From Azolla caroliniana (Eukaryota > Plantae > Polypodiophyta), in contig JBHGNT010000010.1 in assembly GCA_043228905.1 (NCBI GenBank), positions 20,398,001-20,462,000 on the forward strand: a stretch of DNA of 64,000 bases. The letters are read 5' to 3'. Position numbers and translations under genes: made by a program. How positions within the stretch are numbered: position 1 is the first letter of the stretch; each line of letters begins with the position of its first letter. Positions 38,970 through 54,547 of the stretch are shown in pieces. The notes under the pieces were generated by a model. It saw only the letters and a list, made by a program, of their open reading frames with translations. It did no database searches and was not told where the DNA came from.

Positions 38970-41629
38970 ATGAAGTGTTCATTGGTCATTGCCATGTCCA
39001 TACTATTAATGGTAACTAGTCACACTTATTATTATCAAAATTGTAGGGTTGTCATTGGAGTTGCTTCTGGGTTCGCTCTCACTCTTGCCAACTTTCGTCA
39101 TCACAATGTTCCAGCATTGTTCGTTATGGGTGACTCGTTGGCAGATGTTGGCAACAACAACTACATAACCCAAAGTATCCTCAAATCCAATTATTTACCT
39201 TATGGTATCGACTTCCCTGGTCGTCAACTCGCCACTGGTCGTTTCTCCAATGGTCGTCTTGTAATTGATATCATCGGTAACTATCCCCTTCCCAACATAC
39301 ACAAGAAATGAAGAGACCAAACAAATGTAGTTTACTTTGAATATATGTTTGTATGATGCAATTGATTAGTTCTCGTGTTTGTCCCTACTTTGAATATATG
39401 TTTGTATGATGTAGTTGATTAGTTCATGTGTTTGTCCCCTATGGTCGTCTTGTAATTGATATCATTGGTAACTATCCCCTTCCCCACATACACAAGAAAG
39501 GAAGAGACCAAACAAATGTAGTTTACTTTGAATATATGTTTGTATGATGCAATTGATTAGTTCGTGTGTTTATCCCCTATAATCCACATAACTAACTTAA
39601 AAATTGGTGGGATTTGATGAGAACAAATCAAAAGAAAAGGGGAGATGTTTGATTACTGAAATGAGATTTTCTTACAAATGTGAGTGTAACTTTAAACCTA
39701 ATTTGCCAACTCCAAAATATATATTCACAAATGACAATTATCAAAGGTTGAGTTACGACAATACCGTTTTAGTATTACAGAAGCAACTCTCAAAACTTGA
39801 TTTGCCATTTCCACTATATATGTATATATACATACGTACATACATATATCATCGTAATTATTTGAATCTAAGCATGAGTATTATAGAGAAAAATATTCAT
39901 TTTCCTATCGCGATTGTTAACTTTTGATGGATGTGGTCTAAAATGGGGTTTGTGACTATTCATACATCTTAAGTCATGTTTAAAGTGTGGTTGGATGTAT
40001 TCCAAATGTAGCTAACGAAATTTTGCTCGGAACTTGTAGCTAATACCTTGGGAGTTTCTATACCATCGCCATATCTCTCTCCCAACACGAAGGGGTTAAC
40101 AATACTACAAGGTGTCAATTATGCATCAGCTGGTTGTGGTATTCTTAATGAGACGACTAATAATTCGGTTTGTGACATTGAAACCTCAAAACATACAACA
40201 TGCTTTAACAATACAATAAAATGACACAATTTCATTTAGATTAAAAGTAAATAGATTTTTATACTATAATAAGAGGGTGAAAGCGTAAGCTTCACATACC
40301 CACCCATAGATGGGCATTGAGAAATTGATAAAAAAATAGAAATCATTAGTACTCAATACATTGGAATTGTGAGAGAGAATAAATGACACATCACGTGCTA
40401 AAGCATATTGAAGCATTTCCTTCAAATAATTATATTTAGTATAGACTCCCATGGTACCTTATTGTAATTTTAAAATGCAAATACGTAAGCAAGATCACAT
40501 GTGGAGAAAGTTTGTGCCTTCAGGCTTCTAGCTTAAGGTTGTGGGTTCAAATTCTTAAGCATAAGGGTTGATTTGCATGCCAACGATGTTTAACCTTCAT
40601 GTAGGTGTCCCCCCTTGACAAACAATGGTTTACAACATTGAAATCAACACATTCCCATTACAAAGAGTTCAAATAATGGCATTGGGCTTGATGTTGCATT
40701 CATTATAACACTTGTATGTAATTTTAATACGAGGTCATGTAACATGTTTACAAACATACTTTGCAACATTGGAATTGATATACTTCTTTACGAAGATTAT
40801 GTCTCCTAACTAAACTATACATTATAACTCTTTTGCCAATATCAAAATGAAACATGGAAAATTACTCAGTATCTAGGACAAAAGTAACTTGTAGTTAATT
40901 AAATTTTTTTCTCCATTGTAATTTGTGATAAACGACTTGTAGTTAATTAAAAATTTTGCTCCATTGTGATAAGTGACTTGTAGCTAATTAAAATGTTTGC
41001 TCCATTGTGTTATTCAATTTTGCGTAACTTTGGTTTTACATGGAAAATAGAGTGGATGCCTCTCATTCTCAACACAAATGAGTTACCACAAAAACATTGT
41101 ACACAAAATCACACAACAAGTAGGACTTGATGCTGGGCAAAGTTTCCTAAATCAATCACTTTATTTTGTCTTCATTGGGAGCAATGACTTCTTGGGTAAT
41201 TACATTCGCAACTCTAGCCGTGACTCCAAATTGACTCCACCACAATTTATCGATCTCTTAATATCGTCTTATACAACTCAACTCAAGGTAAGAAACTTAA
41301 ATAATGTTTTCCATTTTTTTTTCTTATTGATGTCATACTTTTGAATTTTCTCGGGTGTTGCAATAGCTTCATAAATTTAGATCTGACAATGCTTCGAACT
41401 ACAATCCATGCATGGTGTTATGGTGTCACTTAGATGTGTAAACAATGTAATACTCTTGCATAGTCTTTAGAAGTTGATAGAGAGAATGATAAATAGATTT
41501 TATGAGTAGATAGTACGAGACACTAGGGTTGTCTAGCACTAGGGTAGAGATAGAGATAGAATTAGAAAGATTGAGAAAGAGAAGTTAAATGCCTACGGGA
41601 AACCAATTGTGATCTATGGGATGGGACCG

Positions 41630-41673
<44 letters not shown>

Positions 41674-42804
41674 GTGAGAGAGATAGGGAAATAAAGGGCT
41701 CTAGGATATATTGGTAAAGATTATTTAATGTTGGGTTGAACTCTGAAAATATATCCGATGAAAAATATAGTGAGAGAGATAGGGAAATGAAGGGTTCTAG
41801 GCTATTTGGTAGAAATGATTGAATTTTGAGTTGAACTTTGAACATACATATATATGATGAAATAGCTAGGTGTCAAACCCAACCGACTTTCAATAAAGAT
41901 TAGCCTATCATATGGAGAGAGAAATAGAGAACCTTGTGCCATGCTTCTCCTAGGGTATAGCACACAAAGGATAAGGCTCTTCAAGTTGTGTGTAATAAAC
42001 TACAAACAAATCATCCTTCCCATAATAATGCTCTTCATTTATCCATTTGTATCTCTTGTTCAACCCCTCATCATTGTCGGGCCTTTGAACAATCATGTTT
42101 AACTTGTCATGGTGATTCATTTAAAAGAAAGACATGGAAGTGGTGTTTATGAATCAAACTTTTTTAATGTGAATATTTTTTGGCATTAATGTAACGATCA
42201 TATCGTCATATTCTATTTTGCCACAGACATTATACAATTTGTATGCAAGAAAAATTGTGCTTGTTGGGTTGGGACCATTAGGTTGCATCCCTAACATGCG
42301 AGCAAAGACAAGTAATGATAGTTGCAATGAGAACCTCAACACTTGGGCCCAACATTTTAATAGTGCCTTGCAAGAACTTGTTGGAACATTCGCCTCAAAT
42401 TATACCGACACAATAATCACGCTCGCCAACCCTTACTTTGTTTTAGAGAACTTAATACAAAATCCCTTAGAAAATGGTAAAATTACTATTATGTTTCGTC
42501 ATTATACATTACTATTGTTAAATTTACAAAGAAGATTATTCTTCCTATCTAAAGAGTTTACCATCCTTTTCCTCATATTGAAGGATTTTCAGTAACCGCG
42601 GAGGCTTGTTGTGGGGGAGGCCGATTGCATGCCCAAATACCATGCTTTCCTTTATTTACGTATTGCTCTAATAGAAGCAACCACGTATTTTGGGATCCTT
42701 GGCATCCGACAGAAGCATCCAATATATTTTTGGTGAATGCTTTTCTCTCCACCAACAAAACAGTTGTAGGTCCATGGACAATCACTGAGTTGATTTCAAA
42801 ATAA
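38970..42804 (+). CDS. GDSL esterase/lipase, 5 exons
   Basis: Exons about 38970-39276, 40040-40167, 41051-41287, 42227-42476, 42584-42804. Motifs FVMGDSLADVGNN, TGRFSNG, GVNYASAG, IGSNDF, GPLGCIP and FWDPWHPTE. Confidence 0.93.
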
Positions 42805-43477
42805 TAAAGTATCCTATAGTGCATTAATTACGATGGCATTTATCTTTGAACATTAAAAAGTATCCTTGAACCCTACACTTATTGATTTAAGTCACTTATC
42901 TCACAACCTTATTCATATTAATCAAACCTTGAGCTAACTATAAAATTATTAAGTATCTATTGAAGACTCTAATTCAAAAACATTTCTGGAAACACCAACA
43001 TTGGTACAAGGCAGCAAGGGAGAGATACCAACATTGTAAACACTAGGTTAGGAGTCGGTGCCTCTATGATGCCTTGTATTGGTCAACGAACTAAGACTTA
43101 AACATCCATCTTTAGTACTCAAGCCTACCTTGTATTGAGAGCGGTTGGTTGGTAATATATATGCACGCAATGTGGTTTATCTTTGAATTTTCACGTTTAT
43201 TCTTTGTTGAGTGTCTAATTAAGTAACATGGTAGAGTTAAGTTCTTTCGAGAGTTTGCCGACGTGAACTATTGACTTCATTGGAAGCACTGAAAGATGTT
43301 TGCCAAGTGTCTTTGCCCATCTTGCAAACATTAAGGTAGATACTCCTTTATCCAACACAACTTTTGTATTTCTTCTGATTTTATAATACCAAGGCGTATC
43401 TCTTTAGGGGAAAAAGAAGAAGATAATTTTGCATTGATATTGCTACTTATAACATATTGATGGTGAACCCATATTTG

Positions 43478-43857
43478 TAACAATCGGCAACGGTTCGGTT
43501 CGGTTTGAGAGGGTCCAAACCGAACTGTTTACAAATGTTGAAACTTGAACTGAACCGAACCGCTAAATTTTTTTCAAACCGTTAAACCGCGATTTCGTGG
43601 TTCGGTTTTGGTTTTCAACATAGGTCTAATTTTTAAATTTTTTAAATTTTTTTAAATTTTTAAGATGTTCCTAAAATGTGAGAATAAGGTCTAAAAATGC
43701 AAAGATTGTTTAAAAACAAATTAAATTATTTTTTTTAGATTTTTAAATTAAAAAAAAAAAAAACATTAAACCGTTTAAACTGCGGTTTTTGACTGTTGAA
43801 ACCGAACCGAACCGTTTTAAAAAACCTGAACCTGAACCGAACAGGCACCGATTGTTA
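43478..43857. mobile_element. hAT-type MITE (380 bp)
   Basis: Termini taacaatcgg...ccgattgtta. 8-bp TSD catatttg at 43470-43477 and 43858-43865. Subterminal aaccg/cggtt repeats and an AT-rich core. Confidence 0.9.
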
Positions 43858-44689
43858 CATATTTGTTGAATAATTTCACATGCTCATCTGTAGAATGAAT
43901 TCCTTACTATCATTTGGCTTTCCCATATAAGTCTCGCAAAGAAAAGTTCCCATTCGATCAATCTTGATGCATAGGAAATGTTTTACTCGAGCCTCATTTT
44001 TGTACGAAATGCTTCATTTCCCATTAGACGGGGGGAAATTAATTGTTTTCTACATTTAGGAAATATTAGATAATATAATCCATGAGATTGGAAAGTCTAC
44101 AAAAGATGTATTGTTCAATGAACAAGGTTACATGAGAAAGAATCTCATAAAAAATGAACCAAACTCAATGGAGTTGAACAGACAATATAATTACAACAAA
44201 TTCAATGTCATGATAAGAACAAGAATAAAGACAATCAAACAGGTGAAGAAAAGGGTGAGAGAACATTAAACAATGGTCATTGTGGGTGCTAAAGTTGTTA
44301 TCATTAATGTTGTGGTTTTTAGAATTTTAAAAGATCTGGCAAGATTACTAAACCTGTATCGAAAGAAATGTGATGATATTGTGAGTTTAAACAACATACT
44401 TCATGTAGTGTCATGATCTTTCTTGTGCGCAACAATATGATTAATCTAGTGCATCAATGACACAAGTTTATTAATAGTTTACTACATCAAAGTTAAGGAG
44501 AAACATGCATAATTTAATTAAGAAACTATATGCATAGTACGATTATGAACTATTTTATTGATACAAGTGACACAATTTTCACATTATTGAGAACTCTCGT
44601 CATCTATTTGGGGTTTCCTTTTCATGCTTGGGAAACATTGGCGTAGTTAAGTTAGTAAATTTTCATAATTATGATACAATATTGAATAG

Positions 44690-46196
44690 CTAGCTCGAAA
44701 ATAGCTCCATAATCGTATAAGGTGCTACATTATTACCATTTGTTGTGAGAAAAGCATCAGCCAAGCGTATGTTGACAGCTTGAGAAGGGTGCCAGATATC
44801 CCAAAATATATTGGTGTCTCTATGTGAACAATAGGGAAACAATGGCAAGCACGGGGAATTTGTTGAACCTCTACCACAACACGCGGTTGATGTATCAACA
44901 AAACCTTCATGTCAAACACAAAGTGCACAAAATGAATATAGACCATAGTATATAGTAAAATCCATATTAAACACATTATTGTATTATGTAAACATTGGAA
45001 GGAAATGATTATGAGCATTCTAAATATGCATTCTAAATGTTACGATATAATGGTAAGTGAAAATATGTAAGATTACATACCGTATTGTGAAGGGTTCTCT
45101 ATAAAATCTTCAATGATCGTATACGGATTGGCAAATGTCATTTTCATATCAGGGAATTGAGAACCCATTTCATTTACAATCTCATTAAGGGCATCATTAA
45201 AGTCAATTGCTAAATTGTTGAGATCAACATTACAAGCTCCTTTTACACGTTGAGAAGGAATACATCCCAATGGACCAAGTCCTACCATGACAAATTTTCT
45301 TGCACTTTGGCCATAAAGTTTCTACATGAACCAAGGATCAAACCATTATAGTTAGTGCCAATAAAAACTTACCAAACACATGAACACAAACATATACTTT
45401 GGGTTACAAGGTGTGAATATGATGATGAATAAGTTAAAATGTTTCAAAATATACTCTCAAGTGTATATCAACTTATGATCTTTAACTGATGCGTACACAT
45501 ACTCGACAACACTTGACTCATACATACCATGATCTGTGCTGTCAAGGAATTTGACAACAATGTAACGAACTGCGACGGAGAGTAAGCCTTTGCATCGGGA
45601 GAGTTCTTCTTGAGATAGTTGCCGATGAAGTCGTTACTGCCGATAGCCATAAAGTAGACGGACAAAGACAAGAGGCTCTGTGTTTGGTCGATGCCGAGCT
45701 GTGCAACAAGGGACGTGATCGTCTTTCCATGGTATTTGACTTGGGTGGATAATGAGAGGCACCCGGACTGGCAACAAGGAACGGAAAAGAGCTCTCATCA
45801 ACACAATTGGGGGGGGTACGAATCATGATGGGTTGGCTAATCGCTCAATCTAGCGACACGAACGAAACTGAAGGGCTAGAAAGGACGAAAAGCCAAGAGT
45901 ACAATGGGAAAGCGGAGAGGGTAGAAAAGCAAAAGCTGAGATCATGCAAGTGGGATGGGACACTTGCAAGCAGAAGCACTGAGTGGATTAGTGGATTGCA
46001 TCGAGGCAACCGAAAAGGCCGAATGTTGAAAGCAAAAAGCAAAGGAGCAAAAAGCAAAAAGCAAAGGAGCAAAATGGTGAAAGGTGAAAAAGTGAAAAGG
46101 TGAAAGTGAGAAGGACAAGAAAGTGAAAAGGCAAAAAGCAAAAAAGGCGAAAAGCAAAAAGGGCAAAAAGCAAGAAAGAAAAGCAGATTTAAGGAG

Positions 46197-46245
<49 letters not shown>

Positions 46246-46940
46246 AAATGCGGTGTATGAAGGAAGGAAGACTCACGGAATTCATGGAAGTTCCGTCGAG
46301 GATGCCACAGCCTGCGGACGCATAATTGAGGCCCTGCAGAAGAAGCTTCGAGTCTGTGGCCTTGGGAGACAGACATGGCGGCACCGCAGGAAATCCCACC
46401 CTCTCGCCTTCCACCCAATTTCCATCCACAGAATTCACATGTCAAATCACAATACATACATACATACATACATAATCAGTTAATTAGTTGCTGCAGGAAT
46501 TACCGATTTAGCAGTACATCTTCATATTAATTTGATCTATGTATATGCATGGAATTGGTTGTATTTCTGATGTTATAGAGAGAGTAGTGATTGAGAATTT
46601 GGGCAAAGATGTGGGTTGGGGGATGCAATCAGATATGGCGGCTTATCAGTTTATAAATCTTGTAGACTGATCATTCATTTTATGTATGTATGTATGTATG
46701 TATGTATGCATACAAGTATATGTATGTATGTATGGTATGTATGTATGTATACCGATGATGTCGAGCACGAGGCGACCATTGGAGAAACGTCCGGTCGGGG
46801 TCCTCTTCGATGACGATGAGCCGTAGTCGACACCGTAGGGCAAGAAATTGGACTTGAGCACTGTGAAAGGGAGGTAGTTGTTGTTGCCCACGTCCGAGAG
46901 CGAGTCCCCGAATATGAACACGGGTACGGCCGGCAACGAG

Positions 46941-46975
<35 letters not shown>

Positions 46976-47074
46976 AGCTGCGAGTGTGAAACCGCCACCG
47001 CCACCACCATGAAGGCTAATTAGGAGTAAGGTAGAGACCAAAATCATGGCACATGTTGGATGAACCATGCCCAT
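44690..47074 (-). CDS. GDSL esterase/lipase, 5 exons, convergent with the upstream paralog
   Basis: Exons about 47074-46753, 46407-46277, 45767-45528, 45322-45080, 44904-44690. Motifs FIFGDSLSDVGNN, GLNYASAG, IGSNDF, GPLGCIP and FWDIWHPSQ. Start codon choice is uncertain. Confidence 0.9.
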
Positions 47075-47469
47075 GAATGTCTTAATGTGTCTAGTGCATA
47101 TGTATGTACAAGGCATGAATCATTTAGTGAAAGAAGACATGATTAAAGACATTGGGAGTAAAGAACAAAAAAATGTGGAGGGGGGTTGGTTACCTTGTTC
47201 AAGTTCAATATGGGTGGTGAGAGAGCAGAGTGTGAGCAGAATGGGGCTAAAGATTTGTTTTAACTAACTTTAATACATTTTATAACCTTTTCTTATACAC
47301 CTATTATTTCCTTTTTTGGAACCCAAAGGTATGTAGCCCTTTGAATAGAGCATGTAAATAACAATGTATATATGTGTATATGCACACAGAAAGAGAAAGA
47401 AAGAAAGAAACTGGTCCATGAGACAATTGGTTTACAATAAAAATGGGGTATTTACCCATTGAGAGCGAG

Positions 47470-47505
<36 letters not shown>

Positions 47506-50500
47506 TGTGAATGTGTGTGTGTATCTAAACCATTGTTCATAACAAAAATTAGACACTACAAAAAATCTCTACACTTTCATGCTCCATGTGGAGTACACTT
47601 TTCTTTGTACCACCTATAAGAATCAGACAATTTTTTATTCAAATTGCCTTGTGGTTTTTGCCCCCTCATTCCTACTCCCTTTATACCATATATCTTATGG
47701 ACATTTATGTACTCACTCCGTGATTTCATTGATTGGGCCCATCTTTTTACTAGGAAGCAGTTCCTTGGTGAGGTTTCACAAGACATGCCCTTTTGTGTTC
47801 CATATTGTTTGGTGAGCTTTCTTCATACTCATCACCTACCCAATGTAGTAATTGGTCGACCTACTATAACAAGTAAGTTGTATTATGTATGTATGACATA
47901 GTCGCAAATGAAATGCTATGAATCCCTATGTTGTTCATAATCTTAGAGTCATAGGGGATGGTTTGCCATCAAGATTATTACAATTTCTAACCAAAAAAAT
48001 TGCTTACCAATGATCAACAAAAGAAAATCATCGTGCATCGCATAATGTACAAATCACTTTACAAATTTCCGTGTTTATTGTACGTGTTTCTCCTAACGAT
48101 GATTCTTGAGCTAGGTTATTTAATAGTCTATGCCTATGTCCCTCTTAATTATTGCATATATTGTTATATTATTGTGCATTATGATAATAATGATAAAGCT
48201 TTCGTAGTAAGTTACATCCACAAAGAATTGCCAAAGGACACTAATGGTGATGACAAATTTGATTTGTTTGTTACTCTCCTCAAAGACGTAAGCAATGCAT
48301 TGATGTTACTTTAGATATCCCTCTTAATTATTGCTATACTATTGTGCATTATGATAATAACGATAAAGCTTTTGTTTTGCATGTGCCTTTTAACTTTATA
48401 TTCATTATTAAATGCATTAACATATGACATTAACTACATTGACATTTTTCTTACAATGTAAGGAGTCTTAAATAGTCATGTTCCTCTCTAGAAGGCAATG
48501 TGAAAAATGCAATAATGGCATTGTGACATTTTCCTTATAATGAGTAAGGAACCTTAAACAATCACACCACCCTTTTGAAGGCATTGCAAACAAATGTGCT
48601 AATCATGATTCACAACTATGGATTAAGTGGTTTGTAACTACCTAATGCAATAGATGTTGTGACTCAAACGTACGTCAATGAGTTGCACAAAGATCTGGAA
48701 CATATGCAAAGAGTAATGGTTGCTTTTGAGTTGTGTTGTCCAGTTGTTTGGTTGCAAGTCAAAACTTTGACCCTTGTGTCACGATTATTGGCATGCACAT
48801 GTATGGCGATGGCATATAATTTACTCAAATAAGATAATAAGGCATCTCAAACACCCCTCGGTTGGAACAAGGAAAGCAATTAAATAGGTCTTGCAAAGAT
48901 GCAAATAAAAGTCACTTTCGATCATCTTTGGAAAATCTCATATTGGGAGTATGTATGTATCTGGCACAATTGATGGATATACCTTTGGTAAAATGGCAAG
49001 AACCTTTATGTTGGTAACTCCATGAAATGTGACAATCTTTATTAGAGTTCCCTTTTTATTGCCTCATTATCCCCATACCCATTATTGTTAGCCAAACTAG
49101 GCATTAATCTTATCTCCAATATGCTTATAAATCAATATGTTTATAACTATTTGTAGATTCATTTGAGTAATAATGTCATCTTTTAGAGATAGGTTGTCCT
49201 CACTAGGCTAATGTTTATTATTCACAAGAACCTTACATATATTCAGAATTATTGAGTCTCGAGTCAATGCTAAGTTTGTTGGGCCCAATTTTTGACATGT
49301 TTTGATTTCCTAATCATGTATTTCCCAAGGGAATATAAGGGAAACAAAGATATTGTATCTCAATGATCTTATCTACCACATCAAATATCAGAATTTGCAT
49401 CGACCATCAAAAGCAAGTATTCTTGGATCTTGATCAACTATGGGTGTTCGTAGCTAATGTCTTTGAAGCACCCATAAATTTGAGCCTTCTGGATTTCATT
49501 TATATAGATATTAGTACAACCAATATGTCTTAAATCATTTAGTTTTAGATCATGTTTCATGCTTGAGGTCTAAGAATTCTAATAAAGATTATAATCAATT
49601 CATTTGGCATGATTACACTCTATTGAAATAGCCATTTGTATGTCCTTGAATTCTCTTCTTGACTCTAAGTACTACAATACTACCACAACACTCTAATGGC
49701 TAGACACTAAGTCCACAAGACTTTGGAGTTGGGTACTTGAAACTACTTGTAGTGATCTCATCTACATAATTTGTTGAAGAATATCTTCACATTCCTAAAT
49801 TTAGGAAGCATTTGCTCAGATTGACTTCTATATCTTGTAAACACTTTTCCAACTATCACCCATAGTGTGACAATCAAACCTAGTGCACAAATCAGACCTT
49901 GGGGCAATATCATCATTGATTTCTTATGTTTACCAGAGTTTTCTTACGATAATTCAATGCATTCTTCCACCGAGTATATCTCATTTTTTGGAAATACGGG
50001 TTATCACCCTCATTTGAATAATGCTTGAGCACCCATGAAGTCTCTACAAATCTGGCTAAGGGAATCACCTATTTCAACTCCAAGGGATTCAAATTGAGCT
50101 TTCACACCATTTAAGCAAAACCCAAGTTTCATACAATTCCAAAAGTTTCAAATTGGGGATTGTGTATAGTTGTTAATGCAATGTGAGAAGTTAGATTATC
50201 AACATCATACTCTAGTTTTTATCTCTAGTATGATGTTCCATGCCACTTTTAGAACCTCATGCTTCAAATTCTATTCAAGATTGTGGTGTTCCTCCCCAAT
50301 ATCATATTCAACATGTTGATGGACCAAAGTATGAGGTTGAAGGCAACTTGAACTCCATGATCATGCGTAATAAACTCCATTACTCTATGGATTAGTTTGG
50401 CTATATGCCCATTATCAAAGGTAGGAGCCTACCAAGAATCTCTCTAATGGAAGGTTTTCATTACCCTTTTCCAAACAAACTCCATTACTCTATGGATTTG

Positions 50501-53500
50501 TTAGGCTATATGCCCAATATCAAAGGTAGGAGCCTACCAAGAATCTCTCTAATGGAAGGATTTCGTTTCCCTTTTCTAGACAAGCCAAGTCCCAATTTGG
50601 GCCTTGCAACTTCTCAAACTCATCCAAGAGAGAGTAGGATAGTATCACAAGTATACGAAATGCATACCCTTATAGAGATTCAAACTCATACCTGCCTTAA
50701 TGAAAGGCGTCAACTTTAACCAATAGGACATTAAATTTATTCACACTTGACATATACTATGATATTGATAATTCAAAATGTCTCCCATGATAACAATGCA
50801 AGACTCCCAAGTGGAAAGCATGAATGACCATGAAGGGGAAAGAATGCATGATAGCCAAGGGGAGTCATGCATGACATCTAAGTGGCAACATGCATGGGTT
50901 CAATATTTATATATGTGTGGATGGTAACCATTCTTGTTCAACGCCAATCCTCAACACAATCTTGTATTCTTGTTAGATTATGTATATATTTTTTTCCCTT
51001 TCCTTTTCTTCCATGCCAACTTCTACAATATTCTTCGTTTTGGCCCTGGAGAACAACTTAGTCTTGACTTACCTCCAATCTTCGAGGGAACAAATATTCT
51101 ATTCTACTCTCTACTTGTGAGTGGAAAGATGGTTCATGATTCATTTGACAACACACTAAATGAAGGAGAAATCAAATGTTTCACTTTCAAACAATACTTC
51201 TTTAGCACTTTGCAAACGACAATGCTTCACTATGGGATTGACGCTTCATTACTAGGAATGTTGTTCCTAGTTTGACTTCGTTCCCAAGGATCGGACATCT
51301 TAAGACAAGAATGTCCAACCACATTCCAATTTAGGATCTTACGAAAACGTTGTTGGGACCACATTCCTCATAATAAATGAGAAAATAAATAAAAAGTTAA
51401 AGCTCAAAAAAACAAAAACAAAATTCTTTAAACTCCAATCAAATATGTGTGTGTGTGTGTCTCTCTCTCTCTCTCTTCTTTTTTTATGGTAATTACCTTA
51501 CCCTAGTGGTAAGTTGTTAACACTATAAGCACTGCGTCATGGGTTTGAAACCCAATTTCCTCACCTCTATTATATACTTCATATACTCTTAATTCACTAG
51601 ATGCCACTATGGAATGTAGGGGTTGAACCCATGACCACTTGGTCTCCATTGGTCTCTCTCTCTCTCTCATATTTGGTAGCAACCAAATATAATGAAAATG
51701 GAGAAAAGTCATAACTTGAGGATCTAGGAGAAGAAGAAGGTATCCAAGACATTGATGGAGTCACATAGGGAAGAACAAAATGACATTGAAAAATAACAGG
51801 TTTTGTTAGACAATCGTTTGTTGTTATGTGGACAACGATTGTCCCATCTTTTTTTATCTAAGGTGTCACACAACGATAGCCAAATATATATGAAAGCGAC
51901 CTGTAAATAGTAGAGTATCTATAGATACTTAGAGTGTATATAGCCGGATTTGTAAATGCGATTCACCTAACAAATGGGAAGTAGTTTTTTCTCAAAAAAA
52001 CAATAGAAGTATGGATTTATGAAGTCATAAGAGTTTAGGTTATCTTATTATGCATCCTTCTGTTCTTTTATGTCTTGATGTGTCTTTGACTTTTGTTTTA
52101 CTTCTGAGCATCATTACAGAGTGACTAAAATATATGGTTGCTTGTAAGTTGGTTCCCGTGTATTGTTTTTATATTCCAACTATTCTATATGATCCTTTAC
52201 ACAAAAATTAACAGCAAATCCATTTTGAAAATTGGAAATTTGAATGTTGTGCCCTTGTTCCTAAATTGTAAAAAGCTTGAGAATGTCCAAAATGGGAGAT
52301 GTTCCAGGTAACCATGGATTGAATTATTGGGTGGGAAACTAGAAAGATTTTGAAAATGTCCAGATTGGGAGATCATGGGTGTGGACAGGGGTTCTAGAGG
52401 AAACATACCACCAAGGTTTTATAGAAACTCACACCATACCTCCTAGAAATGTTTGGGAGCAAGTAAAAATGCTCACTAAACACACAAAAACAAAATATTT
52501 AGTTCCCTCCCTCTCTCACACAGTCAAAACAAAACAAAACAATTAAACCAAACTTTGAAACTTTCCTATTTTTCAACTCATATTCTGCTTAGAAATGATT
52601 CTAGTTTATTCGAATGGCTGGAAGAGCGTTGTGAACTTTGAATAACCAAATTAAGCAATAATCATTTAGCTACTTCCATGCTTCTTAACATGAACAAGCC
52701 ACGTCATACACTACAAATTTCTCAAGGGGAAGGAGCAAAAATACCCGAATAGCTAGGAATTGGCTAGTATACACCAAAAAATTTTGAACAAAGAAAGTAC
52801 TCCCAACTTTTAAAATTATTCAAAGTGTTTCACATTGGGTATGTTTCTAGCCTTCAAATGTATGATTCTAATAGTATCGTGGACACTGGTATGCTTCAAA
52901 AGTGTGGTGGTAATAAAAATTCCCATTGTCATGTTGCCTACAACACATAGTGTGAACCTGATTTGGAGGTGGTTTCACATACATCACATTTCACATCATG
53001 TGATGTAGGCAACATGAGACTATCGGTTGAACCGCATATGTTTGATTATTTACCTATTTCTCTCTAGCATACAACGTTGCAACGTTTCTTGAATATTTTT
53101 TATTATTAGTTTTGAAGGCAATGGACTTTGTGGGCAAAGCAAACACTAGAAAGCACGTCTCATATTGCACCTAATACGAGGGAAGCGGTATATGTTAGAA
53201 TTTCCCATAATGAATGGATCAGTTGTTGAAACATATCATTGGCATTTCAAGCATATTGAAATTAACATAACAAGATCGATGTCGGACAAGCTCGTCCTTT
53301 TCAGAGCGAGCGAAATAAAATAAAAAATGGGATCGATTTGAAAGCATGTCATCTCAGTGAGAGTAGACCGAATGTCACAAAAATTGGGATCGAATTCAGA
53401 GCTATTCCGGTTCAAGCAAATCGAAAGAAAAGAAAAGAAAAAGCAAAACAAGATGAGATGAGATGAGATCGATACTGAAGCAGAGCACATGTGGTGCGAG

Positions 53501-53876
53501 AAAAACCGTAAAACACGAAAACAATAAATGGGGGGATGAGAGTTAAAAAAAAGAAGGCGATGGGGGGGGTGATGTTACGAGGAATGTGATGCAACGAGCA
53601 AGACCAACGTATATGGGAACATAAAAATAGAATGAAAATTGAAGTCCAATAATAATGTGTACATATATATGTGTGTATGCCATAACCATAACAAACTCAC
53701 AAAGACCCCCCCCAAACGCTCCACACACAAGAAGAAAAAAGCAAAAAAACACACAACACTCCCACCCATTAAAAGAAGTCACAACTCCCAACCATCCGTT
53801 TGGATCTCCTCCAACTCATTTATTTTCACACCATGCCCTCCATCTCTTCTTATCTAATATGTGCCCATGGGCCATG

Positions 53877-53908
<32 letters not shown>

Positions 53909-54547
53909 TACATAACATACGTTAACATACAATAATGACATACATGCATAACATACTCATGCATTGATACATAGGGGGTATCCTTATACAATTACAAAAA
54001 ACCCTTTCTCCATACAAACATACATAACATACATGCATGCATACATAGTCATTCATTGATACATAGGGGGGTATCCTTGTACAATTACAAAAAAAAAAAC
54101 CTCTCTCCATACACACATAACATGCATGCATGCATACATACACACTCGTGCATTGACACATAGGGGTATCCGTATACAATTACAAAAAACCCCCTCTCTC
54201 TCTATCTCTCTATCTCTCTCTCTTGTTTGTTACTACAGTTTCCAAATAAATCCATACCCCCCCCCCCCCCCCACTTCTTCATCACTCTTTCTCCTTCTCC
54301 TCCTCCTTTTTCTGTTTGAAACTTCCTCCTTGGCCCCATCAATGCTGAAGAATTAATATACTAACAATAACTAATTCTACCTGTCATTATATGTACATAT
54401 ATATATATGTGTGTGTTGTATATGTATGTTGTGTATGTATATATATATATATATATAGAAAATCTTCCCAGTCCCCAAAATTATCTTATTTCTATTTCAA
54501 CCCTGAAATATCGTACCCCAACCAAAAGAAGAAAAAAGAAATAGCAA

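Noticed and set aside
45807-46469. ORFs in GDSL intron 2
   Set aside because: They arise from purine-rich (aaaagc)n and (GA)n simple repeats.
48500-51300. Possible old retroelement remnant, including a ~100-bp duplication near 50370-50580
   Set aside because: No convincing protein motif or termini seen by eye.
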